The position numbers and the translations under genes were made by a program. From an uncultured Alphaproteobacteria bacterium (GTDB lineage: Bacteria; Pseudomonadota; Alphaproteobacteria; Rhizobiales; Beijerinckiaceae): a DNA stretch of 64,000 nucleotides. The DNA is taken from positions 3,348-67,347 of the forward strand of contig CAVXCA010000026.1 of assembly GCA_963759955.1 (NCBI GenBank), written 5' to 3'. The notes beneath the pieces were generated by a model. It had not been told where the DNA came from. It did not search any database and saw nothing but the letters and a program-made list of their open reading frames with translations. Positions within the stretch are counted from its first letter, which is position 1, and every line of letters begins with the position of its first letter. Shown here piece after piece: positions 53,502 to 64,000 of the stretch.

Positions 53502-55286
53502 TCACGCCCCGCGTAGCGCCTGTCGAGGTTCGGCGGCGCGCGGCTCGTAGATTTCCGGGCGGCCGAGAAGATGGCCCTGGAGATAGTCGATTTGCCATTC
53601 GCCGAGCAGTCGGCGCGCTTCGGCGTCCTCGACCCATTCCGCCACCGTTTCGATGCCCAGATGGCGCGCAAGCTCGGCGAGGGTGCGCACGAAGAAGCGA
53701 TCGTCGACAGAGCGCGCGACGTTTTGCACGAACGCGCCGTCGATCTTGACGATGTCGACGCCGAGGCGGCGCAAATTGCGGAACGACGTGTGTCCGGCGC
53801 CGAAATCGTCCATCGCGATGGCGACGCCGAGGGCTTTCATATGGCCGAGGACGCGCGCGGCCTCGTCGATCGGCTCGATCGCCAGCGTTTCCACGATTTC
53901 CACGATCAGCCGCTCGGCGGTTCCCGGACGGGTCGCGAGCGCCGCCTTGAAGCGGTCGATCCAGTCGGGGGCTCGCAAGGTGGCGACGGAGATGTTGACG
54001 GCGACCCTCAGTGCGGGTTCGGCGGCGAGGCGGTCGAGCGCCAGTTCGAGCACGCGGTGATCGAGCTGCGCGACCAGGCCGAGTTTTTCCGCGACCGGAA
54101 GCAGCACTTCGGGGCCGACGAGGCCGCCGTCGTCCTGACGCACGCGCAGCAGCGCTTCGACAAATGCGGTTTCTCCTCCCTTGGTCGCGACGACGGGTTG
54201 GTAGGCGAGCACGATTCGACGCTGGTTGAGCGCCGAGATGATCTCGTCGGCGATCGCGGCCTCCCGCCGTTGCGCTTCGCTCTGCGCCTGGCCCGGCGTG
54301 TAGAGCGCGTAGCGATTGGCCTCGCCGGCGGCTTGTTCAAAAGCCTCTTCGGCGCGCTGGAGAAGACGGCAGGCGTTGCGCCCGTGCCGGGGCGCGAGCG
54401 CCGCGCCGATGCGAACCGAGGCCCGCACCGGACCGATCGCGGTTTCAAACAATTCGCCGTTGACGCGGCGCGCGAGCCGCGGCGCCGCCATCATCAGCTG
54501 CTCGGGGCTGCCTGCGGACAGGAGAACGGCGAACTTGCCGCCGGCGTAATGCGCGACCTCGTCGATCGCGCGCATGTTCGCCCCGAGGCGACGGCCCACC
54601 ATGGCGATCACCTCGTCCGTCGCTTCATAGCCGTGGCGCCGATTGAGCTCGGCGAGGTTTTCGACGCCGACGATCAGAACGGCGAACGTCGTTTCGCCCG
54701 GCCGCGCGTGCGCAAAGCGCGACTCGAGCGCCTCGTTGAATCGCCGCCGGCTCGCGCGCGCGCCGTGGCGACCGCCGGACGTCTCTTCCGCGGAACCGGA
54801 TTGCGGATCTTCGCTGCGCTGCAAGATTCTGAGGACGCCATGCGCGCGCGCCGGCCGACCGTGCGCGTCGGCGAACCAACGACCGAAATCCTCGACGGCG
54901 CAAATCGCTCGCTCCGACGGCGCGAGGCGATAGAAAACGCGATACGGCGCGCCGTCGCCGTCGTCGCCCGCCGCGGCGTTGTGAATCGCCTGAGACCGCG
55001 ATGATTCCGAATCCGCCGTGACCAGTTCGGCGAAGGCCGCCCCGGTCGCGAGCGAGGCCGCGGCAAAGCCCGCGAGCGTCTCCGCGACATTGGCGCCCCA
55101 GGTCAAACTGTCGCTGGCGATGTCCCAGTCATAGACGACCGCGCTCACAGAGCGAAGGACCGCGCGTGGGTCGAGGGCGCGCTGCGCCACCGCGGCCGGC
55201 CGATCGGGCGCCTCGCGCGACGACGGAAACTGCGTTTCGCCCGCCGCCGGCGTTTCGCGTTCGGAAAAGCTGTCGACGTCTTGCAA
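53502..55286 (-). CDS. PAS-like / degenerate GGDEF / EAL c-di-GMP phosphodiesterase
   Basis: YDWDI sensor-like N-terminus. GGDEF position reads AGGKF. Intact EAL and DDFGAGH. Confidence 0.9.
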   Translation of the reverse strand: MQDVDSFSERETPAAGETQFPSSREAPDRPAAVAQRALDPRAVLRSVSAVVYDWDIASDSLTWGANVAETLAGFAAASLATGAAFAELVTADSESSRSQAIHNAAAGDDGDGAPYRVFYRLAPSERAICAVEDFGRWFADAHGRPARAHGVLRILQRSEDPQSGSAEETSGGRHGARASRRRFNEALESRFAHARPGETTFAVLIVGVENLAELNRRHGYEATDEVIAMVGRRLGANMRAIDEVAHYAGGKFAVLLSAGSPEQLMMAAPRLARRVNGELFETAIGPVRASVRIGAALAPRHGRNACRLLQRAEEAFEQAAGEANRYALYTPGQAQSEAQRREAAIADEIISALNQRRIVLAYQPVVATKGGETAFVEALLRVRQDDGGLVGPEVLLPVAEKLGLVAQLDHRVLELALDRLAAEPALRVAVNISVATLRAPDWIDRFKAALATRPGTAERLIVEIVETLAIEPIDEAARVLGHMKALGVAIAMDDFGAGHTSFRNLRRLGVDIVKIDGAFVQNVARSVDDRFFVRTLAELARHLGIETVAEWVEDAEARRLLGEWQIDYLQGHLLGRPEIYEPRAAEPRQALRGA

Positions 55287-55375
55287 GCGATTCGCCCCCG
55301 ATCGGCGCGTGGTCGAGCGCCCGCGACGAAGAGACGCAGGCGCCTTCGCCGCCTCTTCGACAATGAGCGGAATGG

Positions 55376-55391
55376 GTTAACGCAAAGTTTA
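55376..55391. promoter_or_regulatory. Putative CtrA box
   Basis: GTTAA-CGCAAAG-TTTA, one mismatch to TTAA-N7-TTAAC on the minus strand, about 90 bp upstream of the EAL gene. Confidence 0.45.
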
Positions 55392-55432
55392 CGCTTAAGG
55401 TTCCGGCAACCAAGAATCGCGGAGCGCGACGT

Positions 55433-56203
55433 TCAGAAGCGATCTTTGCGCGCGCGAATCTCGGCGAATACGGCGGCCGGATCGACGCCGGCCATGCCGA
55501 GCGCCGCCTGGAGGCTCGGCAATTCCGCGCGAAGAAAAGGATTGGCCGCCAGTTCGGCCGCCATCGTCGTCGGCAAGGTGGGCTGGCCGGCCGCGCGCAA
55601 CGCGGCGACCTCGGCGGCGCGGCTCTTGAGAACGGCGTTGTCGGGTTCGATCGTCAGCGCGAAGCGCGCGTTGGCCTCGGTGTATTCGTGGCCGCAATAG
55701 ACCTCGGTTTCTCCCGGCAGCGCCGCGAGTTTGACCAGCGAATCCCACATCACGGAATAAGGCGCCTCGAACACCCGCCCGCAGCCTAGGGAAAACAGCG
55801 TGTCGCCGGTGAAGACGATCTCGTCCTGCTCGAACCAATAGACGATGTGGCCGGCGGTGTGCCCCGGCGTCTCGATAACCCTGGCGGCGAGGGGCCCGAC
55901 ATGAACGTAGTCGCCTTCGCTCAAGCGCGTATCGAGCGAATCGATGCGCGCCGCTTCCTTGGCGGGTCCCGCGACGCGTAATTTGGGAAAGCGCGCCCTG
56001 AGGCCGGGAATGCCCTGGACGTGATCGAAATGGTGATGGGTGACGAGAAGATCGGTGAGCTCCCAGCCTTGCGCGGCGGCGGCGGCGATGATCGCGTCGG
56101 CGTCGGCCGCGTCGATCGCCGCGGTCGCGCCCGAGCCCGAATCGTGAATCAGGACGCCGTAATTGTCCTTGAGGCAGAGAAACTGATGCACATGCGTCGT
56201 CAT
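55433..56203 (-). CDS. gloB: Hydroxyacylglutathione hydrolase (glyoxalase II)
   Basis: DNY, THHHFDH, TPGHT, GDTLF and CGHEYT. Confidence 0.95.
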   Translation of the reverse strand: MTTHVHQFLCLKDNYGVLIHDSGSGATAAIDAADADAIIAAAAAQGWELTDLLVTHHHFDHVQGIPGLRARFPKLRVAGPAKEAARIDSLDTRLSEGDYVHVGPLAARVIETPGHTAGHIVYWFEQDEIVFTGDTLFSLGCGRVFEAPYSVMWDSLVKLAALPGETEVYCGHEYTEANARFALTIEPDNAVLKSRAAEVAALRAAGQPTLPTTMAAELAANPFLRAELPSLQAALGMAGVDPAAVFAEIRARKDRF

Positions 56204-56304
56204 GCCGATTCTTCCCCCGCCAAGCTTCGCCGCGGCGCCGTCATTTGCGCCGCGGCGCGGACTGGTCCAAATTCACTCGCGCTTGCCGATAGGCCTAACC
56301 GTCC

Positions 56305-57054
56305 ATGCCGCTCGACGTCAACGATCTCCTCAGTTTCTACGCCTCGCCGCTCGGCGACGTCTCGCGTCGGCTGATCGGGCGGGTGCTGCGGGCGCGCTGG
56401 AACAATTGCGCGCAATTGTCGCTTATGGCCTTGGGCTATGGCGGGCCCTATCTCGAGCGCTTTCGCGACGAGGCGCAGCGCGTCCTCGCATTCATGCCGG
56501 CCGAGCAGGGCGTGGTCAACTGGCCGGCGAGCGGGCGCTCCGCCTCGGCGCTGGTCGCCCCGGACATGCTGCCGCTGCCCGACGGCTCGATCGATCGCGT
56601 CCTCGTCGTCCACGCGCTGGAGACGGCCGAGCATCCGAGCGTCGTGCTCGAAGAAGTCTGGCGCGTGCTGACGCCGGGCGGGCGGATGATCGTGGTGACG
56701 CCGTCGCGGCGCGGCGTATGGGCGCGCGTCGACGGCACGCCGTTCGGCCAGGGCCAGCCCTATTCGAAGGGGCAGTTGCGCGACCTGATGCGCGAGGCGC
56801 TATTCTCGCCGATCTATTGGGGCGAGGCGCTTTACGCGCCCCCGTTCCGCCGCCGCTTCTTCATCAATTCCGCGCCGGCGATCGAACGGGTCGGCGCCGC
56901 GATCGGCATCCCCTTCGCCGGGGTGCAAATCGTCGAAGCGACCAAACAGGTCTATCGCCCGGTCGGCGTGCGCCGCCTTGCGCGCCGCGAGGTCGTCGCT
57001 CTCCAGCCCCGACTCGCGCCCACCGCGCATCGCGAGACGGCGCGCCGTTTTTGA
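56305..57054 (+). CDS. Class I SAM-dependent methyltransferase-like protein (YafS-like)
   Basis: [14 protein letters not shown] and RVLTPGGR. Divergent from gloB, as is conserved. Confidence 0.85.
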   Translation: MPLDVNDLLSFYASPLGDVSRRLIGRVLRARWNNCAQLSLMALGYGGPYLERFRDEAQRVLAFMPAEQGVVNWPASGRSASALVAPDMLPLPDGSIDRVLVVHALETAEHPSVVLEEVWRVLTPGGRMIVVTPSRRGVWARVDGTPFGQGQPYSKGQLRDLMREALFSPIYWGEALYAPPFRRRFFINSAPAIERVGAAIGIPFAGVQIVEATKQVYRPVGVRRLARREVVALQPRLAPTAHRETARRF

Positions 57055-57116
57055 GATTGTCGCCGGCGGCGGATCGTGCTTTTAACGCGCCGTCTTTCCC
57101 CCGGAGACGAGAACTC

Positions 57117-57746
57117 ATGCCGCAATCCGATCGCCTGCTTGTTCTCTTGCGCCACGGCCAGAGCGAGTGGAATCTCAAGAACCTGTTCACCGGCTGGAAG
57201 GACCCCGACCTGTCGCCGCTCGGCGTCGAGGAGGCCAAGGAAGCGGGTCGGCGACTCAAGAGGCGCGGCCTCGTCTTCGACATCGCCTTCACTTCGGTGC
57301 TGGTGCGCGCGCAGCACACGCTGGCGCTGACGCTCGCCGAACTCGGCCAGACCGGCCTCGCCGAAGTGCGCGATCAGGCGCTCAACGAGCGCCACTACGG
57401 CGACCTCTGCGGACTCAACAAGGACGACGCGCGCAAGAAGTGGGGCGAGGAGCAGGTTCACCTGTGGCGGCGCAGCTACGACGTCCAACCGCCCGGCGGC
57501 GAGAGCCTCAGGGACACGGTCGCGCGCGCGCTTCCCTATTACTGCCAAACCATTCTGCCCGCGGTGCTCCGCGGCGAGCGCGTCCTCGTCTCCGCCCACG
57601 GCAACAGCCTGCGCGCGCTGGTGATGGTGCTCGACCGCCTGACGCCGCAAACGATTCCCGCCATGGAGATCGCCACCGGCGTGCCGCTGGTCTATCGCCT
57701 GAAGGCGGATTCGACGGTCGAATCGAAGGAGATTTTGACCGACTGA
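57117..57746 (+). CDS. gpmA: 2,3-bisphosphoglycerate-dependent phosphoglycerate mutase
   Basis: [16 protein letters not shown] and AHGNSLR. Confidence 0.96.
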   Translation: MPQSDRLLVLLRHGQSEWNLKNLFTGWKDPDLSPLGVEEAKEAGRRLKRRGLVFDIAFTSVLVRAQHTLALTLAELGQTGLAEVRDQALNERHYGDLCGLNKDDARKKWGEEQVHLWRRSYDVQPPGGESLRDTVARALPYYCQTILPAVLRGERVLVSAHGNSLRALVMVLDRLTPQTIPAMEIATGVPLVYRLKADSTVESKEILTD

Positions 57747-57830
57747 GGCGCGGGGCTGCGCTCTGCCGTCTCGAGACGAACTCGTCTAAGCTACGCCTCG
57801 GTGATTCGCTTAATTTCCCGAGGTCCGGCG

Positions 57831-58250
57831 ATGCGGCGTGCGAAACCCATTCTTACGGCCCTGGCGATCTTCGCCGCCGGGCCGGCGACGGCGGCGCAAT
57901 ATGAATTCCTCGCGGCGCCGCAGATCAATCTCTCTTTGGTCTATAGACTGGATAAACTGACCGGCGACGTCATTGCTTGCCAGTACGCCCATAACCCGGG
58001 CAAGACCGACATCGAGCCCGGCGCCTTCGGCATCACCAACTGTTATCGCAGCGGCGAAGGCGCAACCAAGCAGGAACCGGGCGACTACGGACTCGTCGCG
58101 ACCCGGCATGAGCAAGAGGGCGGCGTCTTTCGTGTGGATTACCGCACCGGCGCGCTGAGCATCTGTTATCTCTATTTCCAGCGGGAAAAGCAGGGCGATC
58201 ACGAAGTGATCGTCGATCAATACGTCGTCTGCACCCCGCCCTATAAGTAG
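57831..58250 (+). CDS. Secreted hypothetical protein
   Basis: Signal peptide. Internal repeat R(L/V)D..TG....C and four Cys residues. Confidence 0.75.
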   Translation: MRRAKPILTALAIFAAGPATAAQYEFLAAPQINLSLVYRLDKLTGDVIACQYAHNPGKTDIEPGAFGITNCYRSGEGATKQEPGDYGLVATRHEQEGGVFRVDYRTGALSICYLYFQREKQGDHEVIVDQYVVCTPPYK

Positions 58251-58495
58251 CGCGGACGCAAGACCGGCGGCGAGAAAAGCGAGCGACATTCCGGCCGCCT
58301 TGTCGGCGCACCGCCGATCGCGCTGTTTCGGCCGCCTCGACACATCCGGAACAAGGCGCTCCGCGCCGGACGCGACCAGCGATCGCATCGACAATGACCG
58401 GCGCCGCAATCGCTCGCGACGCGAGCCGCCGCTTGCATTATAGAGATCGCCGTTCTCGCCGCCGAACTCGGCGAGGCGAGGAATTCGGTCAAGTC

Positions 58496-59851
58496 ATGGT
58501 CGACGCGCGTCCAATTTTTCCGCATCGCGACACCATCTTCGCTCCCGCCTCGGGAAGCGGGCGGGCGGCGATCGCCGTGCTGCGGCTCTCCGGCCCGGCT
58601 TGCGCCACGGCCCTGGAGGCGTTGGCGCCGGGCGCGCCCTTTGCCGACCGCGTCGCGGCGCTTCGGCTGTTGCGCGATCCCGCCACCGGCGAAGCGCTCG
58701 ATCGCGCGCTGGTGATCCGTTTCCTCGCGCCTCGCAGTTTCACCGGCGAGGAGATGGCCGAGCTGCATGTGACGGGCGGGCGCGCGGTGATCGCCGGGGT
58801 CATCGGCGCGCTGGCGAGAGTTCCCGGGCTGCGTCCGGCCGGGCCCGGCGAATTCGCCTGGCGCGCATTCGAGAACGGCAAGCTCGACCTTTCCGAGGTC
58901 GAGGGCCTCGCCGATCTCGTCGATGCCGAGACCGCGGCGCAACGCCGCCAGGCCCTGCGCATCGCCGGCGGCGCGCTGAGCCGCGAAACCGAAGCGATTC
59001 GTTCGAAGCTCCTCGAGGCGATGGCGATCCTGGAGGCACAGATCGATTTCTCCGACGTCGAGGACGCCGACGCGCTTTCGCTCGATGCGGCGCGCGCGAT
59101 GGCGGCCGAGGCGGCCCTGCACGTGCGCGCGGCGCTCGCCGGCGCCGAAGCGGGCGAGCGGCTGCGCGAGGGGTTCAACGTCGTGATCGCCGGTCCGCCC
59201 AATGTCGGCAAATCGACGCTGATGAACGCGCTCGCGCGCCGCGACGTCTCCATCGTCTCGGCGATTCCCGGCACCACGCGCGATCTGGTGGAAGTGCCGC
59301 TCGAGCTCAGAGGCTATCCGGTCACGCTGGTCGACACCGCGGGGATCCGCGAAACTGACGATCCGATCGAGCGCGAGGGCGTCGCGCGCGCGCGCCGCCG
59401 CGCTCGAGAGGCGGATCTGACGCTGTGGCTGAGCGACGCCGCGGAGGCGGGCGCTGCGCCCGCGCCCGCCGGCGGACCGGTCATCGCGGTTCTGACCAAG
59501 GCCGACCGGCCACCCGCCAACGGGGCGGACGACGCGGCGAAGGGCGCCGCGATCCGAATCTCCGCTCTCACCGGCGCCGGCATCGAGCAATTGCTTGACG
59601 CCGTCGCCGATCTCGCCGAAGAGCGGATGGCCGGGCCGGCGCCGGCGCTGATCACGCTGGAGCGGCACCGAGCGGCTTTCGCCGATGCGCTTGGGGCGCT
59701 GGAGCGAGCGCTCGACCCGGCCGCCCAAGAGCTGGAGCTCGTCGCCGAAGACCTGCGCCTCGCGGCGCGGGCTTTGGAGCGGATCGGGGGCCGCATCGAC
59801 GTCGAAGACGTGCTCGGCGACATATTTTCGCGGCTTTGCGTCGGCAAATGA
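58496..59851 (+). CDS. mnmE: tRNA modification GTPase
   Basis: [33 protein letters not shown] and IFSRLCVGK. Confidence 0.96.
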   Translation: MVDARPIFPHRDTIFAPASGSGRAAIAVLRLSGPACATALEALAPGAPFADRVAALRLLRDPATGEALDRALVIRFLAPRSFTGEEMAELHVTGGRAVIAGVIGALARVPGLRPAGPGEFAWRAFENGKLDLSEVEGLADLVDAETAAQRRQALRIAGGALSRETEAIRSKLLEAMAILEAQIDFSDVEDADALSLDAARAMAAEAALHVRAALAGAEAGERLREGFNVVIAGPPNVGKSTLMNALARRDVSIVSAIPGTTRDLVEVPLELRGYPVTLVDTAGIRETDDPIEREGVARARRRAREADLTLWLSDAAEAGAAPAPAGGPVIAVLTKADRPPANGADDAAKGAAIRISALTGAGIEQLLDAVADLAEERMAGPAPALITLERHRAAFADALGALERALDPAAQELELVAEDLRLAARALERIGGRIDVEDVLGDIFSRLCVGK

Positions 59852-59855
59852 GATC

Positions 59856-59871
59856 TGTTTCACGTGAAACA
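59856..59871. promoter_or_regulatory. parS centromere site
   Basis: Perfect TGTTTCACGTGAAACA. Confidence 0.95.
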
Positions 59872-59886
59872 ATCGAGACGACGGGA

Positions 59887-61755
59887 ATGAACGGTTACGA
59901 CGTCATCGTCATCGGGGGCGGGCACGCCGGCTGCGAAGCGGCGGCGGCGGCAGCGCGTTTCGGCGCGCGCACCGCGCTAGTGACGCAGAAACGCGAAACG
60001 ATCGGCGTGATGTCGTGCAACCCCGCGATCGGCGGGCTCGGCAAGGGCCATCTCGTGCGCGAAATCGACGCCCTCGACGGGCTGATGGCGCGCGCCGCCG
60101 ACGCTGCCGGGATTCAGTTCCGCGTTCTCAACCGTCGCAAGGGACCGGCCGTCCAGGGTCCGCGCGCCCAAGCCGATCGCAAACTCTACCGCCTGGCGAT
60201 GCAGCGCCTGATCGCTCAGACCGCCAATCTCACCGTCGTCGAAGCCGAGGCGAGTCGCTTCGTCATCGAGGACGGCGCGGTCGCCGGGGTCGAGCTCGCC
60301 GACGGCCGCGCGCTGTCCTGCGGCGCCGTCGTCGTCACCACTGGCACGTTCCTGCGCGGCGTCATTCATCTCGGAGAAGAGCGCACTCCCGCCGGCCGCA
60401 TCGGCGATCCCGCGTCGGTCGCCCTCGCTCGCTCGCTCGACGCCGCCGGCTTCGCCCTCGCGCGCCTCAAGACCGGCACGCCGCCGCGGCTCGATGGGAC
60501 GACCATCGACTGGTCCGGGCTCGAAGTGCAGCCCGGCGACGATCCGCCCGAGCCGTTCTCGGCGATGACGGAAAAGATCACGACGCCGCAGATTCCGTGT
60601 CACATCACGCGCACCAACCCAGCCGGCCACGCGATCGTGCGCGCCAACGCCCATCGCACGGCGGTCTATTCGGGCGCGATTTCCGGGCGCGGGCCGCGCT
60701 ATTGCCCCTCGATCGAGGACAAGGTGATCCGCTTCGCCGACCGCGAAAGCCATCAGATCTTTCTCGAGCCGGAGGGGCTCGACGACGCCACCGTCTATCC
60801 CAACGGCATCTCCACCTCGCTGCCCGCCGACGTTCAGGCGGCGTTTCTCGCCACCATCCCCGGCCTGAAACACGCGCGCATCCTGCGCCCCGGCTACGCC
60901 ATCGAATACGACTATGTCGATCCGCGCGAACTCGATTCCAGTCTGGCGGCGCGGCGCGTCGCCGGGCTGTATCTCGCCGGCCAGATCAACGGCACCACCG
61001 GCTACGAAGAGGCCGCCGCCCAGGGCCTCGTCGCCGGGCTCAACGCCGCCCGCTTCGTCGGTGGAGCGGCCCCTGCCCTGTTCGATCGCGCCGAGTCCTA
61101 CCTCGGCGTGATGATCGACGACCTCGTCACCAAGGGCGTCAGCGAGCCCTATCGCATCTTCACCTCCCGCGCCGAATATCGCCTGTCGCTGCGCGCCGAC
61201 AACGCCGACGAGCGTCTGACCGCCAAGGGCCTCGCGCTCGGCTGCGTCGGCGCTGAGCGCGCGGCGCTCCATCGCGCCGCAGCCGACCGGCTCGCGACCG
61301 CCCGCGCGATGATGAAAACCGCCGCGGCCTCCCCCACCGCGCTCGCCGCCGCGGGGATCGCGGTCAATCAAGACGGGCTGCGCCGCTCGGCGTTCGAGTT
61401 GGCAGCCCAGCCGCATCTGACCATCGAGACGCTCGCCCGCGTCTGGCCCGAGCTCGCCGCGATCGACGCCCCACTCGCCAGACGCCTCGAGGCCGACGCC
61501 AAATACGCCGTCTACCTCGACCGCCAGGACGAAGACGTCGCGCGCTATCGCCGCAGCGAGGCGCTGACCATTCCCACCGATTTCGACTATTCGAGCCTCT
61601 CCGGGCTCTCCAGCGAACTCAAGGCCAAGTTCATCGCCGTGCGCCCCGCGAGCCTCGGCCAAGCGGGCCGCATCGAAGGCGCCACCCCAGCCGCCCTCGC
61701 CCTGATCGCGGCCCATGCGCGCCGCCGAGCCCGCGAACGCGGAGCGGACGCATGA
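59887..61755 (+). CDS. mnmG: tRNA uridine 5-carboxymethylaminomethyl modification enzyme (GidA)
   Basis: [30 protein letters not shown] and [12 protein letters not shown]. Confidence 0.97.
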   Translation: MNGYDVIVIGGGHAGCEAAAAAARFGARTALVTQKRETIGVMSCNPAIGGLGKGHLVREIDALDGLMARAADAAGIQFRVLNRRKGPAVQGPRAQADRKLYRLAMQRLIAQTANLTVVEAEASRFVIEDGAVAGVELADGRALSCGAVVVTTGTFLRGVIHLGEERTPAGRIGDPASVALARSLDAAGFALARLKTGTPPRLDGTTIDWSGLEVQPGDDPPEPFSAMTEKITTPQIPCHITRTNPAGHAIVRANAHRTAVYSGAISGRGPRYCPSIEDKVIRFADRESHQIFLEPEGLDDATVYPNGISTSLPADVQAAFLATIPGLKHARILRPGYAIEYDYVDPRELDSSLAARRVAGLYLAGQINGTTGYEEAAAQGLVAGLNAARFVGGAAPALFDRAESYLGVMIDDLVTKGVSEPYRIFTSRAEYRLSLRADNADERLTAKGLALGCVGAERAALHRAAADRLATARAMMKTAAASPTALAAAGIAVNQDGLRRSAFELAAQPHLTIETLARVWPELAAIDAPLARRLEADAKYAVYLDRQDEDVARYRRSEALTIPTDFDYSSLSGLSSELKAKFIAVRPASLGQAGRIEGATPAALALIAAHARRRARERGADA

Positions 61756-61765
61756 GACCCGCCAG

Positions 61766-61857
61766 CCCTCACCCCAACCCCTCTCCCGCAAGCGGGAGAG
61801 GGGCTTTTCCCCTTCTCCCGCTTGCGGGAGAAGGTGGCGCGAAGCGCCGGATGAGGG
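61766..61857. repeat. Alphaproteobacterial REP-like palindromic pair
   Basis: CCCTCTCCCGCAAGCGGGAGAGGG followed by CCTTCTCCCGCTTGCGGGAGAAGG, bracketed by CCCTCA...TGAGGG. Confidence 0.8.
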
Positions 61858-61867
61858 CCCGCGCCCC

Positions 61868-61883
61868 TGTTTCACGTGAAACA
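61868..61883. promoter_or_regulatory. parS centromere site
   Basis: Perfect TGTTTCACGTGAAACA. Confidence 0.95.
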
Positions 61884-61891
61884 CCGCCGCG

Positions 61892-62527
61892 ATGACCAGC
61901 GATCGCGCCAAGGCCCTCGCGCTCGTTCCGGTCTCGCCCGAGACCGAAGCGCGGCTCGCGATCTACGTCGACTTGCTCGGCCGATGGCGAAAGGTCACCA
62001 ACCTGATCTCCGAGGCGACGTTCGCCGAAGTCTGGACCCGCCACATCGCCGACAGCGCTCAGCTCGTCGCCCTGGCGCCGAACGCCCGGCGTTGGGTCGA
62101 CATGGGTTCCGGGGCCGGCTTCCCCGGCATGGTGATCGCCATTCAGCTCGCCGACGTCCCCGGCGCGCTCGTCCATTGCCTTGAAAGCGACCAGCGCAAG
62201 TGCGCGTTCTTGCGCGAAGTCGCCCGCGCCACCGGCGCGCCGGCGCAAATTCACCCCGTCCGAATCGAATCCATCGACCCCGAAACCCTTGCGCCTGTGG
62301 ACGCCGTAACCGCGCGCGCGTTCGCCCCCTTGCCTCGGCTGCTCGAATTGGCCAAAGTATGGCTCGCCCAAGGCGCGGTCGGCATCTTTCCGCGCGGACG
62401 CTCGGCCGAAGCGCAGCTCGAGACCTACCCCGCCGCGCCAGACCTCGCGATCGACCTCGTCGCCAGCAAGCTCGATGCCGAAGCCGCCATCCTTCGGGTT
62501 CGAAGCGCTTCAAAGGCCCGTTCATGA
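61892..62527 (+). CDS. rsmG: 16S rRNA m7G527 methyltransferase (GidB)
   Basis: HIADS, DMGSGAGFPG and TARAFA. Confidence 0.95.
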   Translation: MTSDRAKALALVPVSPETEARLAIYVDLLGRWRKVTNLISEATFAEVWTRHIADSAQLVALAPNARRWVDMGSGAGFPGMVIAIQLADVPGALVHCLESDQRKCAFLREVARATGAPAQIHPVRIESIDPETLAPVDAVTARAFAPLPRLLELAKVWLAQGAVGIFPRGRSAEAQLETYPAAPDLAIDLVASKLDAEAAILRVRSASKARS

Positions 62528-63381
62528 CCAACAACGCCCCGTCCGCCACCGAACCTGCCGAGCAAGACCCCGCGCCGTCGTCGTCGCCGCGCATCCTGGT
62601 CCTCGCCAACCAGAAGGGCGGGGTCGGCAAGACCACCACCGCCATCAACCTCGGCACCGCGCTCGCGGCCATCGGCGAACGCGTGCTCATCATCGACCTC
62701 GACCCTCAGGGCAACGCCTCGACTGGCCTCGGCATCGACCGCAAGTCCCGCACTTCGTCGACTTACGACGCGCTGGTCGGCGAGCGCACGCTCGCCCAGA
62801 TCATCACGCCCACCGCCGTGCCGCGGCTGCTCATCGCGCCTTCGACGATGGACCTGCTCGGCGTCGAGCTGGAAATCTCCGGCCACCCCGACCGTTCCCA
62901 TAAACTAAAGAACGCAATCACAACGTTCTTTTCCCGCGACAACACCGACGAGGCTATCACTTACGTCTTGATCGACTGCCCGCCCTCGCTCAACCTGCTC
63001 ACCATCAACGCCCTCGCCGCCGCCGACTCGGTCCTCGTTCCCCTGCAATGCGAATTCTTCGCGCTCGAAGGCCTTTCCCAATTGCTCAAGACCGTCGACC
63101 AGGTCCGCCGCTCGCTTAACCCTTCGTTGACCATCCACGGCATCGTTCTGACGATGTTCGACCCGCGCAATTCTCTGGCCAGCCAGGTCGTCGCCGACGT
63201 GCGCGCGTTCATGGGCGAAAAAGTCTACGACACGGTGATTCCCCGCAACGTCCGCGTTTCCGAGGCGCCATCGCACGGCAAGCCGGTGTTGCTTTACGAC
63301 CTCAAGTGCATGGGCAGCCAAGCCTATCTGAAGCTCGCTTCCGAGGTCATACAACGCGAAGGACGCTGGAGCGCCGCCTGA
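62524..63381 (+). CDS. parA: Chromosome partitioning ATPase
   Basis: NQKGGVGKTT, DLDPQGNAS, IDCPPS and EAPSHG. Confidence 0.96.
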   Translation: MTNNAPSATEPAEQDPAPSSSPRILVLANQKGGVGKTTTAINLGTALAAIGERVLIIDLDPQGNASTGLGIDRKSRTSSTYDALVGERTLAQIITPTAVPRLLIAPSTMDLLGVELEISGHPDRSHKLKNAITTFFSRDNTDEAITYVLIDCPPSLNLLTINALAAADSVLVPLQCEFFALEGLSQLLKTVDQVRRSLNPSLTIHGIVLTMFDPRNSLASQVVADVRAFMGEKVYDTVIPRNVRVSEAPSHGKPVLLYDLKCMGSQAYLKLASEVIQREGRWSAA

Positions 63382-63414
63382 CGCGCGCCCCGTCCGTCCC
63401 ATAGGAGCTTATCG

Positions 63415-64000
63415 ATGGCAGAAGACGCCGCCCGCCACGCCGATCATCGCCCGCGCCTCGGGCGCGGGCTCGCCGCCCTGCTCGGCGACGCCGGCCAGGA
63501 GCCCGCCGCCGCAGGGCGCTCCGGCGCGCGCAAGGCGCCGATCGAATTCCTCCACCCCAATCCCCGCAACCCTCGCAAGGCCTTCCCCGACGGCGAACTC
63601 GACGAGCTCGCCGCCTCGATCCGCGAGCGCGGCGTCATACAGCCGGTGCTGGTCCGCTCGATTCCTCGCGTCGCCGACGCCTACGAGATTATTGCCGGCG
63701 AGCGGCGCTGGCGAGCGGCGCAGCGCGCCGGCCTGCACGAGATACCGATCATTGTTGTGGAAGCAGGCGATCGCGAGGCGCTGGAAATCGCCATCGTCGA
63801 AAACGTCCAGCGCGCCGACCTCAACGCGCTCGAAGAGGCCAGCGGCTACGCGCAACTCGCCGCCGATTACAGCTATGCCCACGCCGACATCGCGCGGATC
63901 GTCGGCAAAAGCCGCAGCCATATCGCCAATACGATGCGACTGACCCAACTGCCCGAACACAGCCGCAGCCTGCTCGCCTCGGGCGCGATTTCCGCCGGCC
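63415..64000 (+). CDS. parB: Chromosome partitioning protein (partial, runs off window)
   Basis: RLGRGLAALL, IIAGERRWRAA and VENVQRADL. Confidence 0.95.
   Translation, partial: MAEDAARHADHRPRLGRGLAALLGDAGQEPAAAGRSGARKAPIEFLHPNPRNPRKAFPDGELDELAASIRERGVIQPVLVRSIPRVADAYEIIAGERRWRAAQRAGLHEIPIIVVEAGDREALEIAIVENVQRADLNALEEASGYAQLAADYSYAHADIARIVGKSRSHIANTMRLTQLPEHSRSLLASGAISAG

Overview
High-GC alphaproteobacterial chromosome segment (gene content typical of Hyphomicrobiales/Rhizobiales), close to the replication origin/centromere. It ends in mnmE-mnmG-rsmG-parA-parB with two perfect parS sites. The left 5.4 kb is the end of a genomic island integrated at tRNA-Leu(CAA). It carries a P4-like integrase, an intergenic region with a long inverted repeat, a soluble TrwB/HerA-like ATPase, and a SIR2-like protein whose 3' end is cut by an IS630 element. 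This ATPase+SIR2 pair is the best candidate for an undescribed defence or mobility system. The rest is mostly core genome: rpoH, rluD, cspA, xylB, cysD/cysNC, dppABCDF, trpA-accD-folC, gor, rpiA, ccr/ecm, phaABR, gloB and gpmA. Small accessory patches sit between ccr and ecm and between ecm and phaB. Four single-base insertions (tRNA-Leu, bmt, DUF2059 gene, ecm), and possibly a fifth indel (LuxR-type gene), all fall in GANTC motifs. That pattern suggests CcrM-methylation-linked sequencing errors rather than true pseudogenes. All family assignments come from motif recognition by eye; no searches were run.
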